Source: Myxococcota bacterium (GTDB lineage: Bacteria > Myxococcota_A > UBA796 > CAJQPC01). Taken from it: DNA of 64,000 nucleotides. How positions within the stretch are numbered: position 1 is the stretch's first letter; each line of letters begins with the position of its first letter. The stretch lies in contig JAZAMN010000022.1 in NCBI GenBank assembly GCA_036229005.1, positions 6,572 through 70,571 of the forward strand. Direction: 5' to 3'. A program made the translations under genes and the position numbers. Under the pieces are notes generated by a model, which did not search any database, was not told the DNA's origin, and saw nothing but the letters and a program-made list of their open reading frames with translations. Of the stretch, positions 18,078-26,536 are shown piece after piece.

Positions 18078-19268
18078 ATGTCTTGGGATACCCTGGCTGT
18101 CCACGCGGGCCGCGCCGACCTCAAGTCCCTGGGGGTGCACGCCCCTCCCCTGGATCTGTCCACGACCTACCCCGTGCCGGACCGCGCCGAGGGCACCGCC
18201 TCCCTGGAGGCCCTCGCCATGGGCGAGGCCAAGGCCGACAACCCCGTCTACGCCCGGCTGCACAACCCCACCGTGGCGCGCTTCGAGGAGGGCCTGGCCG
18301 CGCTGGAGGGTGCGGACGCCGCGGTCGCCTTCGCCAGCGGCATGGCCGCGATCACCGCGATGCTCATGGCCTTCTCCCAGAAGGGGAAGCACCTGGTGGC
18401 GGTGCGCCCCCTGTACGGGGGCACGGATCACCTCCTCAACGCCGGGCTCCTGGGCATGGAGGTGAGCTGGGTGCGGCCCGATCAGGTGCGCGAGGCCATC
18501 CGTCCCGACACCGCCCTGGTGCTGGTGGAGACCCCGGCGAACCCCACCCTGGCGCTGGTCGACATCCGCGACGTGGTGGCCCAGGCCGGCGAGGTCCCGG
18601 TGTGCGTGGACTCGACCTTCGCCACCCCGGTGCTGCAGCGCCCCATGGAGCTGGGCGCGGCCCTGGTCGTGCACTCCGCCACCAAGTTCCTGGGGGGCCA
18701 CGGCGACGTGCTGGCCGGGGTGGTCGCCTGCTCCGAAGAGCACGCCGCCCTGCTGCGCCAGATCCGCGTGATCACCGGCGCCGTGCTGCACCCCCTGGCC
18801 GGCTACCTGCTGCATCGGGGCCTGCAGACCCTGGCGGTGCGCGTGCGTCAGGCCCAGCAGAACGCCCAGGCCCTGGCCGAGCGGCTGGCGGGGCACCCCA
18901 TGGTCCAGGCCGTGCGCTACCCCGGGCTCCCCGGCCAGGATCCCCGCGGCCTGATCGGCACGCACCCCGGCGCCCAGATGCGCGGCCCCGGCGCCATCCT
19001 GGCCTTCGAGCTGCAGAGCCTCGCCCACGCCGACCAAGTGATGCGGCGGGTGCGCCTGCTGACCCCGGCGGTGAGCCTGGGCAGCACGGACAGCCTGATC
19101 CAGCACCCCGCCGGCCTGACCCACCGCGTGATCGGCGAGGAGGCCCAGGCCGAGGGCGGGATCACCGCCGGAATGATGCGCATCTCCGTGGGCCTGGAGG
19201 ACCCGGAGGACCTCTGGCGCGACCTGGTGCAGGCCATCGAGGGCGAGCGCCTGGCGGCCGCCAAGTAG
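18078..19268 (+). CDS. PLP-dependent Cys/Met-metabolism enzyme (methionine gamma-lyase / cystathionine gamma-synthase family)
   Basis: PLP-lysine motif VVHSATKFLGGHGD plus YARLHNPT and ETPANPTL. AAGGAG lies 7 nt upstream of ATG 18078. Divergent from the Lrp regulator. Confidence 0.9.
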   Translation: MSWDTLAVHAGRADLKSLGVHAPPLDLSTTYPVPDRAEGTASLEALAMGEAKADNPVYARLHNPTVARFEEGLAALEGADAAVAFASGMAAITAMLMAFSQKGKHLVAVRPLYGGTDHLLNAGLLGMEVSWVRPDQVREAIRPDTALVLVETPANPTLALVDIRDVVAQAGEVPVCVDSTFATPVLQRPMELGAALVVHSATKFLGGHGDVLAGVVACSEEHAALLRQIRVITGAVLHPLAGYLLHRGLQTLAVRVRQAQQNAQALAERLAGHPMVQAVRYPGLPGQDPRGLIGTHPGAQMRGPGAILAFELQSLAHADQVMRRVRLLTPAVSLGSTDSLIQHPAGLTHRVIGEEAQAEGGITAGMMRISVGLEDPEDLWRDLVQAIEGERLAAAK

Positions 19269-19335
19269 CGGCCCATCGGATGGAGAGCAGCCGGCCCCCC
19301 GGGGCCCTGTTGGCACCCGGACTCGGGGGGGACGG

Positions 19336-19680
19336 CTACAGGAGTCCGCCCCACTGCTGCTCGGTGTAGGCGCTGCAGGTGGCCTCGTCTGCGGAGAGAT
19401 CAGCGAGGCGTTCGCTGCACATGGATTCGGTGCGGTGGGCCGCAGAGGGGTCTCCGGCCGAGATCTCCTCCTCCTCCAACACCAGCAGCTCCCAGGTCCA
19501 GACCTCGCAGGAGGCCTGGAAGTCCTGGCCGTCGCTGTAGCCGGCGTCCTCCCAGCCCAGGCCCCAGTCCTCCAGGCAGGCGCCGTAGAGGCTCTGGGCC
19601 TCCGCGCACATCTGCAGGCAGGGCTCGGGGGCCTGGTCGGGGTGGGCCGCGCAGGCCAGCAGCGACAGCCAGATCGGCAT
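19336..19680 (-). CDS. small Cys-rich lipoprotein (114 aa)
   Basis: MPIWLSLLACAAHPDQ lipobox and 7 Cys. The ATG shares one nt with the upstream stop (TGATG at 19682-19678). Confidence 0.6.
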   Translation of the reverse strand: MPIWLSLLACAAHPDQAPEPCLQMCAEAQSLYGACLEDWGLGWEDAGYSDGQDFQASCEVWTWELLVLEEEEISAGDPSAAHRTESMCSERLADLSADEATCSAYTEQQWGGLL

Positions 19681-20834
19681 CAGTAGAAGGCCATGGAGCT
19701 GATGCCCAGGGTGGAGCTGATGTAGCCCCCCTCAGCGGTCAGGTCAGAGCAGCTGTTGATGTCCACGAGCATGGCGCCGCCGGCCACGCTGTTGGTCCAG
19801 TCGTAGCCCACGGAGATCCAGGCCTCGCCCTTGTTGTTGAGCCAGGGGCCGGAGCTGTAGGGCAGCTCGCCGCCGAGCTGGGTCATGGTCTCGGCGTCAG
19901 CGTCCAGGCAGTAGATCTCGGTGCCGTAGCTGGGGGTGTAGACGGTCATCAGGGCCTTGCCGGCGTCGTTCATGACCATGCCGCCGATGTCGCCGGAGAC
20001 GTCGGACTCGGTCACGATGGGCTCGGAGAGCAGGCCCTCGGAGAGGCTGAGGGTGCGCAGGTCGCCGTCGGGGCTGCCGTACATGCCGGTCTGGACGAAC
20101 ACCACGTCGCTGTCCTGGGGGTGGGCGCTGATGCGGGGGTTGACGCCCACCTCGTGGCTGCCGACGATGGCCTCGGTGGCGCAGTCGATCTCCAGGACCT
20201 GGCCGGGGCCGGCGCTGGCGAAGGTCTCCTGGTCCAGGATCTGGAGGGCAAGGATCAGGCGGTCGCCGTCCTTGATCATCGCGGCGGCTTCAGGCAGGCC
20301 GTCGGCGTCGGCGTAGGCGCTCAGGTCGATGGCGCCCGCGGGGTTGCCCTCGGCGGAGAAGATGGCGACCTTGTCCACGCCGTACTGGCTGACGAAGATC
20401 TTGTCGTCGCAGAAGTAGGCGGCCTGGGGGTTGGAGCCCTCGGCCAGGGAGATCTCCTGGGGGTTGGACCAGTCGCCGATGTCGTAGATGCGCAGGTAGT
20501 CGAAGCCGTAGCGGCCGAGCTGCAGGACCTTGCCCTGGTCCACGGTGACCCAGGCGTCAGAGGCGATGTCGGCCACGTCGGTGGCGTTGCGGCTGTCCAG
20601 CGCGAAGGTGGTCAGGGCGCCCACCGAGTAGTCGGTGGTGGTGGCGATGGCCATGGTGTGCTCGGGGTCGGCGTCCGCGTCGGAGTCGGAGTCGGCGTCC
20701 GAGTCGGCGTCGGCGTCGGCGTCGGCGTCGGTGTCGGCGTCAGCCTCTTCGGTGTCGCCGGTCTCCTCCAGATCGGCGGCGGGGGGGCAGCCCAGCAGGA
20801 CGGCGAGGGACAGGGACAGGGCGGTGAGGGTCAT
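19680..20834 (-). CDS. surface lipoprotein with an acidic D/A/S/T linker and a probable beta-propeller body, btuB-linked
   Basis: MTLTALSLSLAVLLGCPP lipobox, then ETGDTEEADADTDADADADADSDADSDSDADADPEH, then ~330 aa of beta-rich sequence. The ATG overlaps the btuB stop (ATGA 20831-20834). The track ORF 19680..21716 has a spurious N-terminal extension. Confidence 0.75.
   Translation of the reverse strand: MTLTALSLSLAVLLGCPPAADLEETGDTEEADADTDADADADADSDADSDSDADADPEHTMAIATTTDYSVGALTTFALDSRNATDVADIASDAWVTVDQGKVLQLGRYGFDYLRIYDIGDWSNPQEISLAEGSNPQAAYFCDDKIFVSQYGVDKVAIFSAEGNPAGAIDLSAYADADGLPEAAAMIKDGDRLILALQILDQETFASAGPGQVLEIDCATEAIVGSHEVGVNPRISAHPQDSDVVFVQTGMYGSPDGDLRTLSLSEGLLSEPIVTESDVSGDIGGMVMNDAGKALMTVYTPSYGTEIYCLDADAETMTQLGGELPYSSGPWLNNKGEAWISVGYDWTNSVAGGAMLVDINSCSDLTAEGGYISSTLGISSMAFY
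20667..20745 (-). repeat. imperfect hexanucleotide tract (GTCGGC/GTCGGA)n encoding the (DA/DS)n linker
   Basis: Plus-strand 20703-20726 is four perfect consecutive GTCGGC units, flanked by single-base variants. Confidence 0.85.
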
Positions 20835-22864
20835 GGGGTCTCCGGAGAGGGCGACCAGCGCAGGGTCAACAGGACCGTGCGGCCGGGCAGCGGATAGCCG
20901 ACAAAGTCGGTGAGTGGTTGAAGGATCAGGTTGTCGTCCTGGGGATCCAGGACGTTGCGGGCCACGGCCTCGACGCGCTGATCGCGCAGGTTGAGGACCG
21001 AGAGCTCCAGGGAGGGGAGCGCCGGCTTGGGCTGCACCCGCAGGAACACGCCGTGCAGGCTGCGGGGGGGCACCAGGTACCAGTTCGTGCGGTCCCAGTA
21101 GGACTGGGCGCTGTAGCTCCAGGTGTGCCCCAGGCGGACGCGCTCGCCCCAGTGCACCGAGCTGACCTGGGAGAGCTCCCAGAGGGGGATGCGGGGGAGC
21201 TGGTTGTCGGCCACGGCCGGGTCGGCGGTGAGGTTCACGCTCAGGGTGCGGGTCAGGTTGGACTGCAGCGAGACCCAGCCATGGAGCTCGGCGCTCAGGG
21301 CGGCCTCGACCCCCTGCACCCACGCGCGGCCGACGTTGTGGGCCACCAGGGTCTTCTGCGAGTTCTGGCTCCAGGTGATCAGGTTCTCGCTGTTCCGCCA
21401 GTAGTGCCCCAGCTCCAGGCTGCCCTGGATGCCCCAGCTCTGGGGGCTCTGCAGGCGCGCGCCCACGTCGGCCTGCCAGCCGGACTCGGGGGAGAGATCG
21501 GGGTTGCCCACGAGCACGCCGCGGTCCCCGTAGAGCTCTCCAAAGTCGGGGGGGCGCAGATAGCGGCCCGCGCTGGCCTTGAGGATCACCCCCTGGACCG
21601 GCAGGGCAGCCACCCCGATCCGGGGGGTGAACGCCGCCAGCGAGGACACACTGGCGCTGTCCACCCACAGCCCCTGCAGCACGGGGGAGACCCGCAGGCG
21701 CTCCTTGAGCAGCCACAGGTCAGCGGAGGCGGCGGCCCCGGTGGTCCAGCGCAGGTGCTGTTCGGCCTTGGCGCCGGGGTCCATCAGGTCCTGCGCGCTG
21801 GCCTGGTCCAAGCGGCCCCACGCGGTCCCCCGCAGGATCACGCTGGGGCTGGGCGCCCAGGCCACGCTCGCCAGAGTGCCGAGCTGCTGGGTGCTGGTGC
21901 GCTGCTCCCGGGCGCCGAGCACGATCTCCCCCAGGGGGTCATCCAGGGTCTCGACGCGGAGCTGGTGCCAGGCGCGGGCGGAGAGGCTGAGCTGCCCTGT
22001 CCCTGCCTGGGCCTGCAGCCCGACCAGGTTCCGGCGGCTGTCCAGGCGGGTCTGGTAGGAGCGGGCGCCGCTGTGGCCCGCCAGCCCCTCCTCCCGGAGC
22101 ATGGGGGCCCAGAGCAGGCTGAGCTCGGCGGGGCCGACGGGGCGCTCCAGGCGCAGCAGGCCGGAGATCTGGTCGCTGTCGTTGTTCTGGCGGACCTGGA
22201 GGCGGTCGTCCATCAGCGTGTAGCGGGTGCCGCCGTCGTCGAAGTAGGAGAAGTCCCCGTCGGAGTGGAAGGCCTCCCCCAGCACGAGCACGCGGGTCTG
22301 ACCGAGCTGCCCGGCGTGGGAGGCGCCGGCCTTGCGGTATCCAAAGCTGCCCACGCTGCCGTGGACCTGGGTGCCGCGGGCGTCTCCAGGGACCAGGTTG
22401 ACCACGCCGCCGATGGGGGCCGCGCCGAGCTGGGGAGGCGGGTTGCCGCGGTAGATCTCCACCCGCTCGAAGCTGTGCAGCGGCAGCTCGCTGAGGTTGA
22501 CCGCCGCGCTGCCGTCGGGGTTCAGCGGGATCCCGTCCAGGTGGATCTGCACCTGGCGGCTGCTGGAGCCCCGGATGCTGACGGTGGCGTAGTCCCCCAG
22601 GCCGCCCAGGCGGTTGACGGTGGTGCCCGAGGCGCTGTCCACGACCTGCGCGACGTCCCAGCTCGAGGGCAGGCGCTCGTCGACCTGGATGACGGTGACG
22701 GGGGCGGCGCTGCGCTGGGGATCGGCCTGCTCGCTGCGTTCACCGTGGACCTCGATGACGCCGCCGGCCTCCCCTCCCCCATCGGACGCAGCCCCATCGG
22801 ACGCACCGGTGTCTTCCTGGGCGAGCGCCAGGGAGAGCAGCAGGATGGGCGAGATGGGGGACAT
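20831..22864 (-). CDS. btuB: TonB-dependent outer-membrane receptor, BtuB-like
   Basis: Signal peptide MSPISPILLLSLALAQ. Plug-domain motifs VTVIQVDE, TVNRLGGLGDYATVSIRGSSSRQVQIHLDGIPLN and FERVEIYRG. ~600-aa barrel. Directly preceded by a cobalamin riboswitch. Confidence 0.85.
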   Translation of the reverse strand: MSPISPILLLSLALAQEDTGASDGAASDGGGEAGGVIEVHGERSEQADPQRSAAPVTVIQVDERLPSSWDVAQVVDSASGTTVNRLGGLGDYATVSIRGSSSRQVQIHLDGIPLNPDGSAAVNLSELPLHSFERVEIYRGNPPPQLGAAPIGGVVNLVPGDARGTQVHGSVGSFGYRKAGASHAGQLGQTRVLVLGEAFHSDGDFSYFDDGGTRYTLMDDRLQVRQNNDSDQISGLLRLERPVGPAELSLLWAPMLREEGLAGHSGARSYQTRLDSRRNLVGLQAQAGTGQLSLSARAWHQLRVETLDDPLGEIVLGAREQRTSTQQLGTLASVAWAPSPSVILRGTAWGRLDQASAQDLMDPGAKAEQHLRWTTGAAASADLWLLKERLRVSPVLQGLWVDSASVSSLAAFTPRIGVAALPVQGVILKASAGRYLRPPDFGELYGDRGVLVGNPDLSPESGWQADVGARLQSPQSWGIQGSLELGHYWRNSENLITWSQNSQKTLVAHNVGRAWVQGVEAALSAELHGWVSLQSNLTRTLSVNLTADPAVADNQLPRIPLWELSQVSSVHWGERVRLGHTWSYSAQSYWDRTNWYLVPPRSLHGVFLRVQPKPALPSLELSVLNLRDQRVEAVARNVLDPQDDNLILQPLTDFVGYPLPGRTVLLTLRWSPSPETP

Positions 22865-22954
22865 GTCCGGCCGGGGTCGGGGGGCACAGACAGAGGTCCA
22901 CCAAGGCGGTGGTTCCTGAGCCTGTCTGCATCCCCGCAGGCAAGTTCGTGGACG

Positions 22955-23160
22955 CACGCGCAGGCCGGTCTCCTGGCTCCTGGACCCTTGGGCTGGCCTT
23001 CCCGGAGCGCGCTCCAGTGGCAGTCAGCCAAGTCGCTCCCCGGGGGGAGCCGTCCAGTCACAGTGGCGGGGGCCGCGTCGGTTTCACACCGACTTCCCGT
23101 TTCACCCAGAGCGGACTCCGGGCACCTGCGCGTGGTTCAGACGTCAAAGAAGGTGGGCGT
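22955..23160 (-). promoter_or_regulatory. cobalamin (B12) riboswitch upstream of btuB
   Basis: The minus strand reads ...CAGGTGCCCGGAGTCCGCTCTGGGTGAAACGGGAAGTCGGTGTGAAACCGACGCGGCCCCCGCCACTGTGA...CAGGAGCCAGGAGACCGGCCTGC. This is the conserved GGGAAG..GGTG.GAA...GCGG.CCCGCCACTG core plus a B12 box (AGCCAGGAGACCGGCC). Confidence 0.88.
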
Positions 23161-23196
23161 TGTACCCCCCGACGGCCCCGATGGCAAGTACATCGG

Positions 23197-24225
23197 CTAG
23201 GGATCCGCGGGGCCCAGGCACGCCAGCAGGCGGTCGCCCTGCGCGGGGGTCTGCGGGCTGATCCGGATGTGCTCAGGCAGACCAAAGGACACGCAACTCC
23301 GGACCACAACCCCTTGGGCCAGCAGGCGCTCAAAGCAGGCCTGGGCACCCGGGGTGCGCACGAGGAAATAGGGCGCGTGACCGCCCTGCACCGCCCAGCC
23401 CAGGTCCGCGATGGCGCCCATCAGGCGCTCCCGCTCCCGCCAGACGGCCGCGATCCCAGGGGCGTAGAGCTGGGGGTGGGAGACCGCGACGGTGGCGGCG
23501 GCCTGGGCCAGGGCGTTGACCCCCCAAGGCAGCAGGAGCGCGCGCACGGCGGCCAGAAAGCCCGGGTCCCCGACGGCGTATCCGACCCGCAGCCCGGCCA
23601 GCGCGTGGTCCTTGGTGAGCGAGCGGAGCACCAGCCGCCCAGGGCGCCAGGCGGGCGCCGGCGGGGGCTGCAGGAAGCCCATGTAGGCCTCGTCGATCAG
23701 CAGCGGGGCGATCCCCTGGAGCTGGGCCAGGATGTCCTCGCTGGTGAGCCGACCTGTGGGGTTGTTGGGGTTGCACACCACGATGAGCTGCGGTGAGCTG
23801 GCCCGCACCCGAGCGGGCAGATCCGCTCCCTCCTGGACCTGGACGGGCTCGGCCCCCGCCTGGAGCACGGCGGCCCGGTATTCGCCGAAGGTGGGCCCGA
23901 CGATGGCCACGCGGTCCCCGGGGCCCACGCAGGCCCGGACGGCGGCGTAGAGCAGCTCGATGGAGCCGTTGCCCACCAGGAGCTGGGCTTGAGGGAGTCC
24001 GGTGTGCGCGCTGAGGGCGGCGAGCAGGCCGGTGCAGTGGGGGTCGGGGTAGGCGCGCACGTCGCAGGCGGCGAGGGCCCGCAGCACGGGCTGCGGCGTC
24101 GGGATGGGCAGCAGGGTGGCCGAGAAGTCGATCAGGGCGTCGGGGTCCAGGCCGCGCGCGGCGAGCTGGCGCTTGCCTCCGTGGGGCACGGGCTGCAGGC
24201 GACGCACCCAGGGCTTGGGGATCAT
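23197..24225 (-). CDS. cobD: threonine-phosphate decarboxylase (class I/II aminotransferase fold)
   Basis: NPNNPTG and SLTKDHALAGLRVGY (PLP-Lys) motifs. 342 aa. The ATG overlaps the cbiZ stop (ATGA 24222-24225). Cob-operon context. Confidence 0.75.
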   Translation of the reverse strand: MIPKPWVRRLQPVPHGGKRQLAARGLDPDALIDFSATLLPIPTPQPVLRALAACDVRAYPDPHCTGLLAALSAHTGLPQAQLLVGNGSIELLYAAVRACVGPGDRVAIVGPTFGEYRAAVLQAGAEPVQVQEGADLPARVRASSPQLIVVCNPNNPTGRLTSEDILAQLQGIAPLLIDEAYMGFLQPPPAPAWRPGRLVLRSLTKDHALAGLRVGYAVGDPGFLAAVRALLLPWGVNALAQAAATVAVSHPQLYAPGIAAVWRERERLMGAIADLGWAVQGGHAPYFLVRTPGAQACFERLLAQGVVVRSCVSFGLPEHIRISPQTPAQGDRLLACLGPADP

Positions 24226-24881
24226 GGGGACTCCAGGCAGGCGCGCCCGCCAGCGCGCACGGCATCCAGCACGCAGCGGCCCACCGCGCTGCCGATGGCG
24301 GTGTGTTTTCCGGCGAACGCAAGGGGGGCGGCGCCGGTGAGGGGCGCGGCGACCACGACGCAGTCGGTCCCGGTGCCGGTGGCGCGGTCTCCGGAGCGGA
24401 CGCTGGCCACGCCCAGCTCGTGTACGGCCAAGGTGCGGGCCTCGACGGCCAGGCTCAAGACCTCCAGCAGCGCGGCGGCGCTCAGAGGCTGGCCCACCTG
24501 GACCAGGAGGTTGATGGTCCCGGCCACAGGCGCCAACCCCGGGGGATCCCCGATCCGGAGCCGGTTGCCCAGCCCCACGGTGGCCACGCACTCCGCGGCG
24601 GCGCGCTCCCCCTGGTGCTCCAGCTCGGCCCGGCAGTGGACCACCCGCGAGACGGAGGCCGAGGTCAGCAGCCCCACGGCCTCCGGTCGCCCACAGCCGC
24701 TCAGAGCCCCGCGCAGCAGCGCGCCCGCGTCCACATCCAGGCCCAGATCGCCGTCGCGCACCTGCCGCCAGACCACGGCCTGGGCCTCCCGCAGGCCGCC
24801 GCCCTCCAGCGCCCAGCTCAGGACCCGGTGGGGCGCGCCCAGGTCGACCGCCAAGATCGGCGGGCGCAGGCTCAGCTCCAC
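24222..24881 (-). CDS. cbiZ: adenosylcobinamide amidohydrolase
   Basis: CbiZ-like motifs GTINLLV, ATGTGTDCVVV and AGKHTAIGSAVG. The proposed GTG 24881 overlaps the cbiB 3' end by 10 nt, so the start is uncertain. Confidence 0.65.
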   Translation of the reverse strand: MELSLRPPILAVDLGAPHRVLSWALEGGGLREAQAVVWRQVRDGDLGLDVDAGALLRGALSGCGRPEAVGLLTSASVSRVVHCRAELEHQGERAAAECVATVGLGNRLRIGDPPGLAPVAGTINLLVQVGQPLSAAALLEVLSLAVEARTLAVHELGVASVRSGDRATGTGTDCVVVAAPLTGAAPLAFAGKHTAIGSAVGRCVLDAVRAGGRACLESP

Positions 24882-25789
24882 AGCGCCCCCAGGACGGCAG
24901 CCGTCAGGCCCCCATGGAGCAGCATCGCCCGCTGGGAGAGGGTGCAGGCCAGCCTCAGATCCGCCGCACCGCAGGCCCGCCCCGGGGCGCCCAGGGTGTA
25001 GTGCCCCGGCTTGTCCAGGCGCACCCCGAGCAGCCCGGCCATCGTCGCCATCGGCCACCCCGCGTTGGGGCTGGAGGTGACCCGGCGGTCGCGCCAGAGG
25101 GTCCGGAGCCCCCCACGCACCGAGGCCTGGGGCACGCTCAAGCCCACCAGCAAGAGCCACAGCGCGGTCAACCGCGCCGGGAGCAGGTTCAGCAGGTCGT
25201 CCAGGCGGGCGGCGGGCTTGCCCAGCCACTCGTAGCGGGGGGTGCGGTAGCCGATCATCGCGTCCAGGGTGTTCACGCAGCGGTAGGCCAGCAGCGCGGG
25301 CAGGCCGAGCTCCAGGGGGCTCCCCAGCACCAGCCAACACAGGGGCGCGACCAGGCTGTCCGAGGCGTTCTCCGCGATGCTCTCCGTCGCCGCCGCCGCG
25401 AGCTGGGGGGCCGTCAGCGCCTGCGGATCCCGACTGCACAGCCAGGACAGTCCGCCCCGAGCGGCCTCCAGGTCCCCCGCCTCCAGCGCGTCCGCCACCC
25501 GGTGCCCCGCCGACACCAGCCCCCACCACGAGAAGCCCGAGGTCAGCAGCCAGAGCGCCAGGACCGGTCCCGCCCAAGGCACCCGCTCCAAGAGCCCCAG
25601 CGCGGAGAAGGCCAGCGGGAGCCCCAGCGCCATCGCCGTGCCGTGGAGCAGCGCGCCGACCCGCCCCGCAGGCGCCCGCTCCCGGAGCCAGCCGACGGCG
25701 TTGCCCATCCACACCACCGGGTGGACCTTGAGGGGGGGCTCACCCACCCGATCCAAGGCCAGCGCCCCGAGCAGCAAGAGCCCGCTCAC
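24872..25789 (-). CDS. cbiB: adenosylcobinamide-phosphate synthase
   Basis: HPVVWMGN, ENASDSLVAPL and NAGWPMATMAGLLGVRL motifs, with multiple TM helices. The GTG overlaps the cobS stop (GTGA 25786-25789). Confidence 0.85.
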   Translation of the reverse strand: MSGLLLLGALALDRVGEPPLKVHPVVWMGNAVGWLRERAPAGRVGALLHGTAMALGLPLAFSALGLLERVPWAGPVLALWLLTSGFSWWGLVSAGHRVADALEAGDLEAARGGLSWLCSRDPQALTAPQLAAAATESIAENASDSLVAPLCWLVLGSPLELGLPALLAYRCVNTLDAMIGYRTPRYEWLGKPAARLDDLLNLLPARLTALWLLLVGLSVPQASVRGGLRTLWRDRRVTSSPNAGWPMATMAGLLGVRLDKPGHYTLGAPGRACGAADLRLACTLSQRAMLLHGGLTAAVLGALWS

Positions 25790-26529
25790 AGCAGGCCGAA
25801 CCCCGCCAGCACCAGCAGCTCCGTGCCCACGCAGGCGGCCCCCAACAGGTCCCCGGTGATCCCCCCCAGGCGCCGCCGGAACCACAGGCCCAGCAGGAGG
25901 GTGAGGATCCCGGCGCCCAGCAACAGCAGCCCACCCATGGGCCCCAACAGCGCGCCGCACAGCCCGACAACCACCCCAAAAGCGAGGACAGACCGTCCCC
26001 ACCCCAGCCCCGGCACCATGCGGTCGGCCAGGCCCTTGTTCTCCTGCCGGGCGTAGGGCAGCGCGGCCATGAGCAGCAGGGTGGACCAGCGGCCCAGGGC
26101 GTGGGCGAGCAGCAGCGCGGGCAGCCACTGGGCGGGCTCCAGGGCGCGCAGGGCCTCCAGGCGCAGGGCGAAGGCCACGACCACCGCGACCACCCCGTAG
26201 GCCCCCACCCGGCTGTCCCGGAAGATACGCAGGGCGCTCTCCCGATCCCGCCCGCCGCCCAGGCCATCGGCGGTGTCGGCCAGGCCGTCTTCGTGCAGCG
26301 CGCCCGTGAGCAGCGGACCGAGCGAAAGCACGCCCAGCGCCACGCTCAACCCCGGCGACAGGCCCAGGGTGTGCAGGCCCAGCGCAGCGCCGCCCAGGGC
26401 GGCCCCGATCCCCGCGCCCACCACCGGGAACCAGGGCGTGGCGCGGGCCAGGTCGTCCTCGCGGTAGTCGCGGGGCCACCCCAGGGGGATGCGCGTCAGG
26501 AAGGTGATGGCGGTGGCCAGGCCTCTCAT
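25786..26529 (-). CDS. cobS: adenosylcobinamide-GDP ribazoletransferase (cobalamin synthase)
   Basis: FLTRIP and LTGALHEDGLADTADG motifs. 247-aa polytopic membrane protein. Confidence 0.9.
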   Translation of the reverse strand: MRGLATAITFLTRIPLGWPRDYREDDLARATPWFPVVGAGIGAALGGAALGLHTLGLSPGLSVALGVLSLGPLLTGALHEDGLADTADGLGGGRDRESALRIFRDSRVGAYGVVAVVVAFALRLEALRALEPAQWLPALLLAHALGRWSTLLLMAALPYARQENKGLADRMVPGLGWGRSVLAFGVVVGLCGALLGPMGGLLLLGAGILTLLLGLWFRRRLGGITGDLLGAACVGTELLVLAGFGLL

Positions 26530-26536
26530 GCGGGGC

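Noticed and set aside
17990-19316. N-terminal ~440 codons of track ORF 17499..19316 (minus strand)
   Set aside because: Only the last 163 codons (the Lrp regulator, starting at ATG 17990) are real. The upstream part is antisense to the PLP enzyme gene and is G/A/H/Q-rich junk.
20918-23200. 760-aa plus-strand ORF antisense to btuB and its riboswitch
   Set aside because: Antisense artefact. The minus strand carries TonB-receptor plug motifs and a riboswitch that explains the non-coding part.
24222-26479. Long 5' extensions of the cbiZ (to 25712) and cbiB (to 26479) ORFs in the track
   Set aside because: The extensions overlap the cobS/cbiB coding frames and are R/G/A/P-rich. Internal GTG starts that overlap the preceding stop codons give proteins of the expected family length.
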